A DNA stretch of 64,000 nucleotides. It comes from Convolutriloba macropyga (taxonomy: Eukaryota). The notes beneath the pieces were generated by a model. The model was not told where the DNA came from. It was given only the letters and a program-made list of their open reading frames with translations, and did not search any database. Position 1 is the first letter of the stretch. The number at the start of each line of letters is the position of its first letter. The translations under genes were made by a program, and so were the position numbers. Where the stretch lies: contig NC_134478.1 in NCBI RefSeq assembly GCF_964194025.1, positions 8,866,001-8,930,000 on the forward strand, in the 5' to 3' direction. Shown piece by piece: positions 1 to 13,700 of this stretch.

Positions 1-1206
1 GTTTTCAATTATGCAGTATAGTCCTCATGACCACCCTGATCTTGAAGTTTGGAGGTTATATTCAGCCTCCCATCTCATTGGATGAGACTACAGGGCAATG
101 AAATTATTGATTCCCTCTTTAATGAATTGTTGATTAAAGTAGGTCATATCAGCGCGAAGCCGGTAACGATTTGCAAAAGTAGTAATTTTGAGGCCTACGA
201 ATAATACTAAACTCAAACTGATCAAATTGATAATGAGAAAACCTATTTTTTGTACTGATAATTGCAATAACCGATTTTTACGCAAGTGCGGATTATATCC
301 CCTTATATTATGAAAATCAGATCCATAATTGACATAATTTACATGAATCAGGTAACGATATCAAAAAGTTCAAACCGTCCAAACACTCGCTCAGAAACAA
401 AAAAAATTTAAAATTTGATATTAATTAAAATTCGAAATAGCTATCTCCTATGTATTGGGATAGAGTGTAATAATACTTAAAATTAAGGTCAACTTTTTTT
501 TACAGATCGGTGCTGGCTAACGCTAAACTAAGTAATGGTGAAGCTAAGAAGAATTTGATTAAAAAAACAAATAGCTGCCTCAATTGATCAGTCTTTTCGA
601 TTCGTTTGCTCGGACGTCTCTTTCCGCAAATATCTCAAAGTTTAATAACTTTTATTTTTCACAGATGGACAACAAGTTTAACAGTAAGAGATGAAACAAA
701 GTATCACCTACATTAATTCTATTCGCTATACGATGTGCAAAAATCGATTTTTCCAAAAAAAATCCAAATTAAATTATAATATTGTGCTTAGAAATAAGTT
801 TGATTTATTTTATTAATTCAGCTAGTACCAAAATGCGTTTGAAATTTTTGTGCAAACTATTATAAAAAAGAATTATCAACGAAAATTGACTTGAGCTAAT
901 TGTAGGAACAGAATGTGGCCTCATCAGAGCTTTAACAAAAACTTTTTTCTAGTTGAGACTGGATTGTTATCTTGTAGAATTTGTGAGCTTCTGACAAAAA
1001 AAGTTATCCGCCAAATCTGGTTAGTAAATTGATAATCTTGCAAGATTCCGATCAAAATGAAAGAGTTGGTTCCGATTGAGCAAGGGTGGTTGCAATTAAT
1101 TGCAAACTCCAACGATTTAAATTTTCAAATTTGCATCACTTCGAATAGATTCGTTCACGAGGTTAAGACTAACAGGAAGTTTTAAATTTGATGTTTTGAC
1201 GTTCCA

Positions 1207-1406
1207 NNNNNNNNNNNNNNNNNNNNNNNNNNNNNNNNNNNNNNNNNNNNNNNNNNNNNNNNNNNNNNNNNNNNNNNNNNNNNNNNNNNNNNNNNNNNNN
1301 NNNNNNNNNNNNNNNNNNNNNNNNNNNNNNNNNNNNNNNNNNNNNNNNNNNNNNNNNNNNNNNNNNNNNNNNNNNNNNNNNNNNNNNNNNNNNNNNNNNN
1401 NNNNNN
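1207..1406. other. Assembly gap (other gaps: 22625-22780, 47343-47542, 48405-48700, 56512-56726)
   Basis: Runs of N. Confidence 1.
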
Positions 1407-2770
1407 CAGTTTAGATAGCCGAATATCAGTTTAAGCACAATCGGTGACCGCTGCTGACGGTTATGCCTCTCATGCGCTTTGAGGTATTCAGGAAATTGCT
1501 GGCCGGTTATCGCGGCAAAGCCGCGGGGAAGCGCGCCCACCAACCCGCCAGTCGGAATTTTTTTTGCTTTGTATTCCAATTTGGCTAATTCCATAGCATG
1601 GTGTATTTTGTTCTATTCAGTTTAGCATAGTATGCGCATATGTGGAAAGTTTTCTGGGCATCTCTGATTGGTTAATAAATCACTCGCTTAAATTCTATTT
1701 AAGAATAGCCCTCTTTTTCAAAGAGAGTAAAATTGTTGAAAAGATCCTTTGGTTGCCCCAAATAACGTCAACAGTCAATCTTTCAGAAATTTATTGCCCT
1801 GACCGTGAAATTTTTGCGGAGAAATAAAAAGGCGGTAAAGTGCTGCGTAATCCATAGATCATTCTCCGCAGGTTTCTCAGATAATTTTGGTTGAGTGAGA
1901 TGAAAATCCTAAAGTTCTGTATAACCAACGATATGACGTTTGATCTTCCATACTTCCAATTCTTTGATCGCGTTCACCAAAAAAAAAATTTGAGGTAAAT
2001 ACTCTAAATCTTAATCGCTATTGAACACTGGTCCAACATAATTCAACCAATTGAACGTATTCAACGCGAAGCCATTTAACAAAATACTTCTCAGTTTTCA
2101 AAATACTGCTGAAATTTTAACTGCTAATTACAGCTGGTCTTCAAATCTTTTAAATCATAGACTACATACGTTTTAGTACTACATAAATTCCACAACCTCT
2201 ACTGTAAACAGTTTCAAATGCTTTTGTTGTAAATTACGTGCTCTATTCTACATGTAATAATCAGACTCCAGCCGGAAGGCAAATAATTCTTTTAGAAAAG
2301 GGACTGAAGTCGAAATTACGAGCTTGCCATTGTTGGAAAAACTAAACCACCCGAACTCTGAACATGTAGTCCTCCGTTCTTCTCATTAACCAGTTTATTG
2401 ACACGAAAAAGTTTATTTACTTATGAAAAATCCAAACCGATTTTCAGCTGGCATGTCATTCTAAACAAAAATCACCCGTTTTTTTCGCTTTAATATTTTC
2501 CAACCAGAAACTTGAATATTAGGTTTTTGAACAAGGTTAAGTTTTTAACAACATTAGGTTTTTGTCTCCTATCATTTACTTCTATAAAGCTAAATAGGCT
2601 TAGAGAAGAGCAGTTTAGTCCAGATAAAGTTAAACCTAATTTCCAGCTTCATTTGTTTATCAAACTATTTTTTTATTATTCAATCTCGACACTCATTTGC
2701 ATTTGCGTCATGATTTTTTGTGCTGAACCTGCTTGGAGCAATCAAACTGTTTTTCTGGACTACTCTTTCT

Positions 2771-2832
2771 GGGAATCGAACTTCTTATCTCCTGCAATTT
2801 TGTTGTCTCTTCCACGACTGTGCTACCATAGC
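2771..2832 (-). promoter_or_regulatory. tRNA-like A/B-box remnant related to the 10531 cassette
   Basis: Minus strand reads TAGCACAGTCGTGGAAGA...TGCAGGAGATAAGAAGTTCGATTCCC. Confidence 0.5.
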
Positions 2833-5744
2833 TTTTTAGCTCTAAAACTGCGTCTTCATAGAACAGATAGTCAGAAATCAATCCGGACAGGTAATGCGTT
2901 AGGTTTTGAATACTGGGTCAGTGCGAAGTTGCAGCAAAAAAGTCTGTGACTCTTCTTGGCTTCGGATGTTTTGCCTGAAATTACCGTCACCACATCCACA
3001 AACCACCTAATACGTGTCTTTAAATAATTCTTACGTTCTGAGGGTAACATTATAAAAATTAGGATCAGGGCTAAACTTGCGGGGGGAAAAGCATTTTAAT
3101 TAACGAGATTATTAGTCGCTCAATTTAAACTAATTTATGGAAAACCATTAGGACATAGGTAAACATTTGGTTTCTGAGATTTTTATAGCCTTTTTCTTAC
3201 AATATTTTAGCGTTTTGTTTTATACATTGATGTACATACAAACATAGCGCTAACTTCAACGCTAGAAATCAGGTAAAATCATCGCAAAAATCAACAAAGT
3301 TTTGTTCAGTGAATCTGTCTAATATCAATGCTATATAAACGATTGAATTCTGCGTGATCAAGGTCAATGATCTTGGTTATGAACCAGAAGACTAAACTAA
3401 AATAAAACAAGAAAGCTTGCTTGTTCTGTGCGTAGCACAAAATGTTCCCACATTCGCTTTTGGACTCAAAAGATGCATTGTATCAATTTAAATCCGAATT
3501 AAAAGTCAGAAAATTTTGTTTTAGCAGTAAAAAAGGTTTCTATCAAGCTGCTGCGCAAAATAGTTAACTTAAGTTAGCTGAAGTTCGAGAGCAAGACAGC
3601 CATAAAAAATCATTTTTTCAGAGGAACCAAATGTTCTGAGTAACTTTCAATTACGAAATAAAACTTAATTACCTATAAATTACTGATAAATACTATCAAA
3701 AGACTCTTCCTCGAAGGTGTCTTCTAAACAAAAACTATTTAAGTTTCATTTTTTCTTATTGACGGCTTTGATTGTGCTTCACCAGTCTTTGTCAAAAACT
3801 GATTGAGAATTTAAAGAATTTAAACATTTATAAGAAATAGAATATCAAATTAATGTCTTCTGATTCAATTGAATTGTTTTTAAATCCCCTTCAATTTTCT
3901 TAGGAAGAGAGTTTGGCTTAAGAGGATTGGTAAGTAAGGCTTTAGATCTTACAATAGTAATCACTAACACCGCATTGTTTTAATTCTTCATCTAGATAAT
4001 TGAAAACGAACCCCAAAATCATCAAGGAAACAAGGGTTTTACGTCACGTGTAATCAATGAAACTTATCCTTTTTCTACCTAAATCGTAGCCAATAAACTT
4101 TGTTTCAGAAAAGCACAACACTTGAAACTGAAAATTTTTTTCCCTGATTACTTGCCACATTTACTATTGTCTTATTTCTGCACTGGCAACGTCTCTGGAA
4201 AAGTATGTTTGGTTAAACATCGGAATTAAATACTAGGTACAAGTCAAAACGAAATAAAGCTTTTCTGAAAAAAGAGGCAATAGAAGGTAAAATAAATCAA
4301 TTTTTCTCGAGAATTTGAGAAACGAAGCAGGACAGGCACTGAAATTCAATTCAAGGAAAAAGAAGAAAGAAAATCAATACTATCTGGTTGATCTTATTGC
4401 TAACTGTGTTAAACCACATGCCATTAAAGACTACAGATGATGGAGCAATAGTAAATTTGGTAATTTTGAAATCTTTCGCGTGAGACGTATTTGTTTCAAC
4501 GTAGCAGCCTTATTTGTTTCAATGTATCTACCTTTTTCGTATCTTGAGAGTGTTTTTCTATGTGATAACTTTGAGTTATTGAATTTTTTAGCTTATATAG
4601 CAGTGAAGTTAAATATAAAGACTGTCTGAAGCTGCTTAAAGGAGACTGTGGTTCTTTTATGATGTGCTTTTGGTTTTAAAGCCCCGAGAACAAATATCGT
4701 TATTATACGAGCAGCAAAGAAAAAAATTCGGAAACTTTTCTGAAATCTGTTTTTTTTTTCATTGCTTATCCAGTTTGATAGAACCAGAAGCTACGTAAAA
4801 TAAGCATCAACGAAATGACCATAAGCATTATCGAACAGCAATTGAGATCAGTCAATTACCTTGGTTTTGGACAGAGGAATATAATTGCCATCGCCTGTGA
4901 ATTAAGAAATCACAGCATTTAAAATTGCGTAAAACATTTTTCTTTAATAAACGACATACTAATTACTATAATACATAAAGAGATGGACCAATTGACGTTG
5001 AGTTGATCAAATGACGAATACTTATTTGCTAAAACTTTACTTTTGAGGCTTGAGCACAATTGTGATCTGAAACAGCTGAGAGTGAGAAAGAGAAAAGCTT
5101 CCAATAGTGCTTGTCGATTACTTTCATTTTTTTACATTGATTGTTCAGGGTCGAAAAAAGACCACGTTTTGTCGATGTGATTTTGCGAATTCCTTTTCAT
5201 GGCATTCTACGTTTTTCAGCCAGATTACCTGTACACAACAAAAACTGAACCTCATGCAACATAATCGTCAGCAGTGAACAAACAATTTTTCAATTTCTTG
5301 GCCTGCCGGCGAAGACTTCCTTAGCAGCAGTTATATCGCTTGCACTTATTAACTGATAAAATTAAGATAGAAAAAAAACCACATTTTTTATGTAATGAAA
5401 ATCAAAAAAGTCGATTAGATAGTGCATCATTCCTTTTTTATGATGCTTTCTCGCATTGAAAGGAATACGCAGTTCTAATTGCGAATATCAGATTTGTCAG
5501 TGAGCTGTTGATGTTTCACAAAATTGTTTTGATATATCTTTCAGTAGCTCAAACAAAGTTGTGATCCTAAAATCAATATATTGTGACTCTATCAGAAAAT
5601 CACATCCAATGGTTACATCATTTTTTCGTGAAACTTATTATATAAAGACTAAACGTCGAAACAGCGCATCACACCTTTGAGCAATTCAATAAATTCAATG
5701 AATAGAGAAAGTGCTATAGAATACACAGAATATCAGTGTAACGG

Positions 5745-6226
5745 TCCTAGTCGAGATTCAAGTGAAAAATTGTTATGTTGTAAGATTTTGAAAGATGATT
5801 GGTTACCTTGCAAGATATTTGCAAGTTTGCGGCGGGTGAGCTCTGCTTTCATAGGTTGCTAGAGGCATATTATATTTCAGTTTGCGCAGAAATTTTCCCA
5901 GATATATTTGCGTGTGTAGATCTCCACAACTACATTTTTTAGCCTAAACTTTCGAAATTACACTGCTATTTCTTTCAAAAATTTTTATTAACACTGTAAT
6001 TATTTGTTATGATCAATTGCGTTCATATTTTCTCATTTCACTGTTTAAGTTAACATGTGCTATTTCTTTTAAAATATATTTTTGTTTTGCGCAGAAAAAT
6101 TGAAGTTGATATGGTTCGGACAAATTTCAATTATTTGCCTGTTTGCAAGATGAATGGTTACAAGATCTTGCAAGATTTTGCTAGGCGATGTATCATCTTG
6201 CAACATAACTTTTTGAAATCGACTTT
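5745..6226. mobile_element. Old MITE remnant related to the 22420 family
   Basis: Inverted AGTCGA...GTTATGTTG(T/C)AAGAT ends and CTTGCAAG repeats. A similar remnant lies at ~950-1050. Confidence 0.45.
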
Positions 6227-6399
6227 GTGAACTTCATTCAGTTTATTAGAAAAAGTACTCCCAGTTACTAAATACGCTGTAATGATATGCTATAATTTCT
6301 TAGTGGTGGGGGGGGGCTGTTGGGAATTAAGACAGATGTAACCAGTGCATTTAACTTTGCCTTTGAAGGTTTAAAAGATGTAAACGCTTTTGAAAATTC

Positions 6400-6554
6400 G
6401 TGTCTTTTCCATTATGCCCACCCCCAACCCCCCCCCCTCCCCACAAAATTATAGCCCCTCTCCCATTATGGTATGTTTATCATTATAGGGGGGAGGGGGG
6501 GGGGGGCGTAGGTTATCTGTCCACTAAGGTGGGGGGATATAATGGGAAAGAACC
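6400..6554. mobile_element. MITE, TIR GTGTCTTTTCCATTAT, 8-bp TSD GAAA(A/C)TTC
   Basis: Imperfect TIRs, with flanks 6392-6399 and 6555-6562 differing at one base. Homologous (inverted) to 49181-49332. Confidence 0.8.
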
Positions 6555-6603
6555 GAAACTTCCAGTAAACAATGTTAGCGTGTGCTTAATTGCGTATTTG
6601 AAG

Positions 6604-6909
6604 TTATGAGGGGCCAGAAACTGCCAAGAGCTCCTCTTTATTCTTTAGATGAAGTTGCAACTTTTGTCTGGCAGGCCACATTTCGCAAATCCATTCCTGG
6701 TCAACACACAAAACATTGGCTTTGAACCAATCGAAAGTCAACTCTTTCGTCACATTAACGTAAGAAAATATGACTATTTCTTCTTCGTATTTGCCCATCG
6801 GGGGTAAAATGTAGTCCAATTGTTGTATCCCGCCGTGTCTTTTAAAGCCACCAGTTCCGAAGCCCACTCTGATTATTTCGTTATAGCATAAGTGTTTATT
6901 GTATTCAGC
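6604..6909 (-). CDS. Candidate exon or pseudo-exon, unknown product
   Basis: Acceptor-like CGTCTTTTTAG|GCT at 6910/6909 extends the 87-aa ORF to 101 codons (AEYNKHLCYNEIIRVGFGTGG...SGPS*). Composition is protein-like but no domain was recognised. Confidence 0.3.
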   Translation of the reverse strand, partial: AEYNKHLCYNEIIRVGFGTGGFKRHGGIQQLDYILPPMGKYEEEIVIFSYVNVTKELTFDWFKANVLCVDQEWICEMWPARQKLQLHLKNKEELLAVSGPS

Positions 6910-6947
6910 CTAAAAAGACGATATGTCATAATTACAAATCAAAATTA

Positions 6948-7130
6948 GAATCTTTTCCGTTTGTGCCCCCCCCCGCTTAGTGGGTGCATAATATTTGCAT
7001 CCCCCAAGATGCACGTGCCATTTTTTTTACATAATGATTTACTATGTAATGGCACGTGCTCTGTAACTGAGGTGAGGGGCGCATAACGTACTGGAGGGGG
7101 GGGGGGGGGGGGGACAAACGGAAAAGATTC
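6948..7130. mobile_element. MITE, TIR GAATCTTTTCCGTTTGT, perfect 8-bp TSD CAAAATTA
   Basis: 17-bp TIR with identical flanks 6940-6947 and 7131-7138. A second copy lies inverted at ~33760-33942. Confidence 0.92.
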
Positions 7131-9899
7131 CAAAATTAATTAACAAAATCAGGGTTGAGATCCCCGACCATTATAATTTTTGATTAAAACACGGGGGGGG
7201 GATGCGCTTTAAATTAAAGGTTCTGGTTGTCCTTTTCAACGCATGAACTTCTGGACATTGGTCTGTCTGAATTGAGTCAGAGACTATTTGCAAAGCGCGA
7301 ATATCTGATCAGAAGCAACTTCGAGAGCACCAAAATCAAGAGCATTGAAGAGACTCAATAGGAGTCTGCTAGCTCTAGTCAGAACCAAGGGTTCCAACAG
7401 CTAAAAATAACTAGTCTCTTTTATAAAGAACGTTTATCTCTACACTCACGGCGTTATTATGACAAAACTTAAGACTTGATACAAGCGTGCCCAGTCTAAA
7501 AACTGACATGATCAGAGCTCTGATGCAGTACTGATTAAAGACTTGCAATAAGACGTTTTCAGTGCTGATTAAGACTTGGCGTTCAGTCCGGGATGTCAAC
7601 GTTCAACTATAGTGCGAGCAATTTGGAACAGTGACATATACAAAATATAAGATTAAAGTTTTAATCCTTTGTCTTTTGTTTTTGAAGTGCAAATTAGACT
7701 TGCTATTGAAAACAATTCCGCTTGACTGGATGTTTTGGCGCATAAACCAATCTTTAAGATACGAGAAAAGTATAAAAAAGTTTTGTCAAAATTTAACGTC
7801 ACTCTCTGATTATATGATTTCTAGCGTAACTGGGTATGGCCAGAAAAGATTTGGGCCGCGAGCGGGGCAAATCAAAATAAAAAAATTTATCGGGCTTTAC
7901 TTGGAGCTCGCGAAAGCAAGCAACATGGTCTGTTTTGTGTCTGATCTGTGGAGTTCCACAACCCAGGAAAGTCTGGTGAGAGGTAATTTTGAGTCCGCAT
8001 TAATCTTGACAGTAGTCTCGTTTCAGTCTGGGCTATGGCCACTCAAAAGTTTGTGCGCAATTCTTGATTGATTCATATCGGTGGTCCTGGACTTAATGTC
8101 AAGTCTCTATCAGTACTGATTCAATGAAAATGCAAGCCTTGGATGAGTACTGAATCAAAACTCTGATCATGTCACCTCTTAGAAGTGGCACGCATCGAAT
8201 CAAGTCTGAAGTCAAGGCTTGGCTTATCTTGGTCAAGTAATGGCCATGACTTGGTAAGTCTTGAGACAAGTCTTGGATACGAGTTTGTTATAGGCTTTCT
8301 TTTGTTTTGCAACTAAAGAAGAAGCCCCTATTTACAATGGCCTGCATTCAAAGCGTCCCAAAGTAAAAAAGAAGCACGAGAAAATGCGAGCACTTCCACA
8401 AAGTTTACTTGATTAGAATGAACGAATTTCTTATTCGCCTAAGTAGAGCAGTCATGGTCACTAATTTCTGCTCAATGAAATAAAAAAACGCTTTTTGAAT
8501 ATATAGGATACGTTTTAGGGTGATAGGTGCTCAAGTCAGAAACAGCTTATTCGGACTAACAAATTTTCGACCAGCTAAATTTGGAACGCATTAATTATAA
8601 ATAAAGTCTTCTTAATACTCAACCTCGGAGAGACCTCAAACTTGGGAGAAGTTTACGCATATTGATCTGTCTTGAACAATTTTTTGACAATCCTTTGAAT
8701 TGGGAAAATTAGTCTTCGAAGGTGAATTTTGTCGCACTATTATTATTATCAAACATTTCCGAATTTGGCCACTTGTTTTCCAAGAGCTTTGGTCAATAAA
8801 TTTTTTGGCACCCTTCGATCTAAACTAATGACCAAACTGCTTCAGGAAATCATGAAATGAACTCTGATAACTTTTTAACTGTTAATCAGGATATCATGTA
8901 TCTTGCAAAAAATATGTAAAACTGAGATTTAACAGAGCTTTGTGTTATTTAAAAAGATTCTCAGAAAAGAGTAACAAACGCTCTGTTGAACAAAACTATA
9001 TACATCCGGAAATGTTTTTCAGATATGATTGTTGGCTCTTTCCCATAAAAGTCGGCTAAGATTTCACAAAATTAAAAAAAAAAACTAATATTTCAATAAT
9101 GGCGACAATTGCAAACAATGTGCCTCAAACAAACAATTTCATTTCATATAGCACCTAAAATGATACTATATTTATGATAAAGTTAACATCCAGTTTTTAG
9201 AGTCACAACTTTGGTTTTGTTTCGAAACAAATTTCGAAATGTCTTTCAACCAACAAGCTTCAAAACTGTTTATTTAGTAGATCCCGAATTTATATTTCAG
9301 CTTTTGTTAATGGTTTAACACATAGTTTCCATGCAGCTGTGTTCTTAATCTCCCGATCATCTGCCGTTTAACCGATAGACAAAAAAGCAGAATTACAAAT
9401 GAACCTTTATAACGTAATTTATGTCTTTTCGGCTGGTTGGCTTAAATCAACTCTAATTACTTGAATGAGCTGTTTTGCTTAATAAAGTTAATCAATTTTT
9501 GGCGTACACGTGTCATTTCTGTCCAAATACCATTTAGATGTATTGAGTGCTATCGTCAATATAAAATAAAAATCTACATTCTTTTGAATTTTCTCTTGCT
9601 GGCTCGTTGAGATATAGAATTTAATTTAGTGGAACAGAAAGTGACCCTTAACCTCAAATCTGATAGAAAAAATATCAAGCATAGATTAAAGATGTGCTTT
9701 CTTTTGACTGTTCGGTTGACATGTCGTTTTGATGTATAATATAAGGTAGTGGACTGAATAACAACCAAAAACAGACTCCACATAAGGTGTTTATTTCTCT
9801 TAGATGTAAATTCCCTTATTAAGAACGGGAGAGGAGTATTGGAGAAGTGTATTATATCACATTTGTTCGAGTCCATTTTGGCGAAATAAATGAAACGCG

Positions 9900-10794
9900 C
9901 CCGGGTCGAGGTGTCACCGCCATTCAACGCAAAATTATGTAAGGTAAGCGGTTAATGCGGATATTTTTGTAAGATAAGCGGTGAATGCGGTGAAATTACG
10001 TAAATCAGGCGGTGAATGCGGTGAAAAAAAACTTTATCGGCTGGTAGCGCTGAAATTACATAATTTAACCGCTGAATTTAGCGGTGAAATTACATAAATT
10101 CACCGCTTCGAAAAAAAGTGTCCAAATTATGTAAGATAAGCGGTGAATGCGGTGAAATTACATAAATTCACCGCTCAACTTAGTGGTGAACTTACATAAA
10201 TTCACCTCTTAGAAAAAATTCTTAAAGATGTTTGAGATCAGCAAAGAATGTGGTGAAATTAATGGTGAGTGTGGGAGGAATTGTTAGATTTGCCTTCCCA
10301 CTAAAACTACCCCTTAATCTTACATCTTTTTGACACTTTTTCTAAGCGGTGAGTTTATGTAATTTCACCACTAAAGTAAGCGGTGAACTTACAAAAATTC
10401 ACCACATTTCACCGCTAAAATATGTAATTTCACCGCTAAAAATTGCAAATCTTACAAAAATTCACCGCGCATGTTTTGCAGAAAGTAGAGTGAATTCGAT
10501 TTATATTCAAACAAAAAATAATAGAATTTAGTGAGAGATGGCGCAGTGGAAGAAGAAGTGGAAGACATGCAGGAGGTGAGAGGTTCGGACCCTTGTAAGG
10601 GCGGTGAAATTACATATTTTAGCGGTGAATTGTGGTGAATTTTTGTAAGATCACCGCTTAGTCTAGCGGTGAACTTACATAATTTCACCGCATTCACCGC
10701 ATTTCACCGCAAAATTATGTATGAAATTTGCGGTGAAAAAACTAACTTTTCACCGCTTATCTTACATATTTTTGCATTTTTTTCTCGACCCGGG
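9900..10794. mobile_element. Non-autonomous DNA transposon, CCCGGGTCGAG TIRs, 2-bp TSD (CG), internal GCGGTGAA/TTCACCGC repeats
   Basis: Perfect 11-bp TIR with CG on both sides. The paralogous empty site at 11125-11145 (GAAACGCATGAGAAAT) confirms the boundaries. Confidence 0.92.
10531..10596 (+). promoter_or_regulatory. tRNA-like Pol III A/B-box cassette inside the 9900 MITE
   Basis: A box TGGCGCAGTGG (10539) and B box GGTTCGGACCC (10582). No complete cloverleaf. Confidence 0.6.
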
Positions 10795-13700
10795 CGTGAG
10801 AAATTTTGAAGTGGTTTGGGTGCTGAAGAGTTTTGAAGATTGGAGCAAAGAAATAGTGGCTTTCTATTCATACCACTGTTTTCAAGAGAGCGAGAAATTG
10901 AGATGTAAAAAATTTGTAAGACAGCAAAATCTTTGTTCACGAGAGGCTTTAAATAAACGGGTTATTGCATTTTTGATTTAGAGTTTGATTATGATAATTT
11001 TGATTTGTTGGGGTTGTTTTAGCGAGAAATTTCTCTTAGATGTAAATTCTTTTATTAAGAACGGGAGAGGAGTATTGGAGAAGTGAATTATATCACTTTT
11101 GTTCGAGTGCATTTTGGCGAAGGAAATGAAACGCATGAGAAATTTTGGAGTGGTTTGGGTGCTGAAGAGTTTTGAAGATTGGAGCAAAGAAAGAGTGGCT
11201 TTCTATTCATACCACTGTTTTCAAGAGAGCGAGAAATTGAGATGTAAAAAATTTGTAAGACAGCAAAATCTTTGTTCACGAGAGGCTTTATATAAACGGG
11301 TTTTTGCATTTTTTGATTTAGAGTTTGATTATGATAATGTAGATTGGATGGGGTTGTTTTGATAGTGGTTTGAGGGTTGTGCTTTGAGTTTTAGGCTTTT
11401 TTATATTTCAGTTTTTGTTATAATTCAACAGTGGTTTAAGTAGGCACCAGTTTTTTGAAGGGATTGTTATTTGTTTTCTTCGAAGATGTTGTGGAACTTC
11501 CGGCTAAGTGTTTATTTTTTTTTAAAAAATCGCTCTTTCACGAAGAGTTAAGAATGCCTTGGACTGTTCTTCAAAGTCATTTTTGTTCACGTATTTTAAC
11601 AATTGTTCGTAAATAATGCTGTCAAAAGCCTCTTCAGATGCTAATTTGCTTATTCAATTTTTTTTCAACGGCTAGAATCAGTGAAATTGGCGCATATTTT
11701 GTAGGATCTGATCACGTTATCATAATAAAAATTTGTCTCATTGTTGGTTAGATTTAGTCATTGTGCACGACGTATTGTTGTACAGACTGGTGATGTAAGA
11801 TTTCTAGTACTGAACAAAAATCAACAGATTTTCATAGGAAACAGGTTATTATGTTGTGACAAAACAAATAAAAATTCTTAATTCTGTTTGTTTTATTGAG
11901 GTCTACGAGTCCTTTTTTGTTTTGATGACCAGGAAGGATTTGCATCAAAACTATAAAAAGTTTTGGCATTGTTGCAGTTTTAGAAAGAAGCCCATTTTTG
12001 AGAATTTTACAGAAGTGTTAGAGGAGTTTTCCAAAGTTTGTTCAGTTAATGTAACTACGTAGGAGCTAGAAAGTTTCACATAATTATTCCAACTTTTGAT
12101 AGTGTTCGCAACGTAATAATCGAGTTTTGATTTTGTGTTTGCGCTTTCGCGTGTTGGAGCTACATTTTTCCAAAAAAACAACAACATAGCACAATTTATG
12201 GCGACAGGATCATTTAAAATAGTTGAAAAAATTGTAAAATTGTCAAGGAAACCATCCAAATTCATCTCTTGAAATCCAGGTCACTTTTAACTATTAAAAT
12301 TTTTACTCACGCTTTCTTTGTTTTCTCTGAAACTCACTGTTTTTTTTGTGAGAAATTGGAGATTGCCTATTTAGTTTAAAGCTAAACTTTTGTTAGTGAA
12401 GTTGCTATATATTTCGATGGTAAGCATTGTTGATGTATGTTAAGTGGGCGCATGTTTTGAAGGAGAATCTTTTGTTGATTTTAGGCCAAATTTCTGAAAG
12501 AATGTTTTGAAGCCGTGTTATTTGTTGAGGAAATTACAGCTGAGCATCTAATTTAGTTATCAAATTTTGCACTTTCGGAATTTTTGCATTGTCAGAAATT
12601 GACAAAGGAAGGTGCAAGCACAGACTAATTTGCAAAAAGAGAGACGATTAGAATGAAATTTTTCAGTTTTTGACCAATTACCCATTCAAAGTGTTATTGA
12701 TGATCTCCATCGTCCTTAGAACAATAGAAAGCTGAATAAGTTAACAATCATTCAAAACATAAACAAAACAGTTGATTCTATTCTCAAGTAATTTTTAATC
12801 AGTATTTGTTTGTTCTTATTTTGTTATCAACCATCAAATTTTCATACTTTTGGCAAGATTGTGATTTTCCCCGGACTCTTATGTCACCGTGTTTATCTTT
12901 CCTTCAAACCAAATAATAACAATTGTGAGTTGACGCAATCATGTCACGTTTTTGTTTGCTATAGCAATGCTAACTTGAACTTTTGAAAACGGGTTGTTGA
13001 GATTCTTGACTTTCTTCAATGTATGCGATCATTTCATATTTGCAGGCTCTATCTCTATGAATAAAATGGTTTATTTTTGTCGTTGAAAAATAGAAGTTTG
13101 CATATCACTAAAAATATTTGGATCGAGTTTCAAGATTTCGCTAAAAAATGCATGTTTTTCTGTTCTCATTGAAAATTTAATTTTCAAAATACGTTTCCTT
13201 TGCTGTGCGTCATCGTTGCCGCATTGTTGCAATTTCTCGTAGCGAAAGTATAAAGTTGATTTTTTACAAAATAGAATATTTCATTTGAACAACACTGTAG
13301 TACTTTTTTTGTTATTCCGCACAAGAAAAATCGAGATGACCGGAAAGAGAGGATTTTGACCGGAATGAGCGGATAATCATTGCAAAAAGATACACGCAAG
13401 GAGCGGAATTTTAGCGGAAGAAAGTGCAAGACATGAACGTTTAATTCCTGCCGTTTTGATTCCGTTCACGTTTAAGGGGTTTGAGCGGATTTTGATAAAC
13501 TATCCGCTCAAACAAATTCCGCTCGTTTCTTGCATTTTCCCCGCTCATTCCTCGACTAGTGGAATGAAGTAAATTCTAAAATTTCATCATAAGTTTACTT
13601 CATCTCTTACAAAAATTTGTTCGAATTCAGCAGTAAAAGATGCGTATAAAACATTCACCTAAATCTCTACTTCTTGGTGCAAACTTTACCCTGGCAAATA

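Larger units (their letters stand above)
9794..11360 (+). repeat. Tandem duplication of a ~340-bp unit; first copy interrupted by the 9900 MITE
   Basis: 9794-9899 plus 10795-11026 aligns closely to 11027-11360. Confidence 0.9.

Noticed and set aside
11400-13100. Coding-like minus-strand fragments
   Set aside because: No recognisable motif and many stops; possibly an old element, but it cannot be supported.
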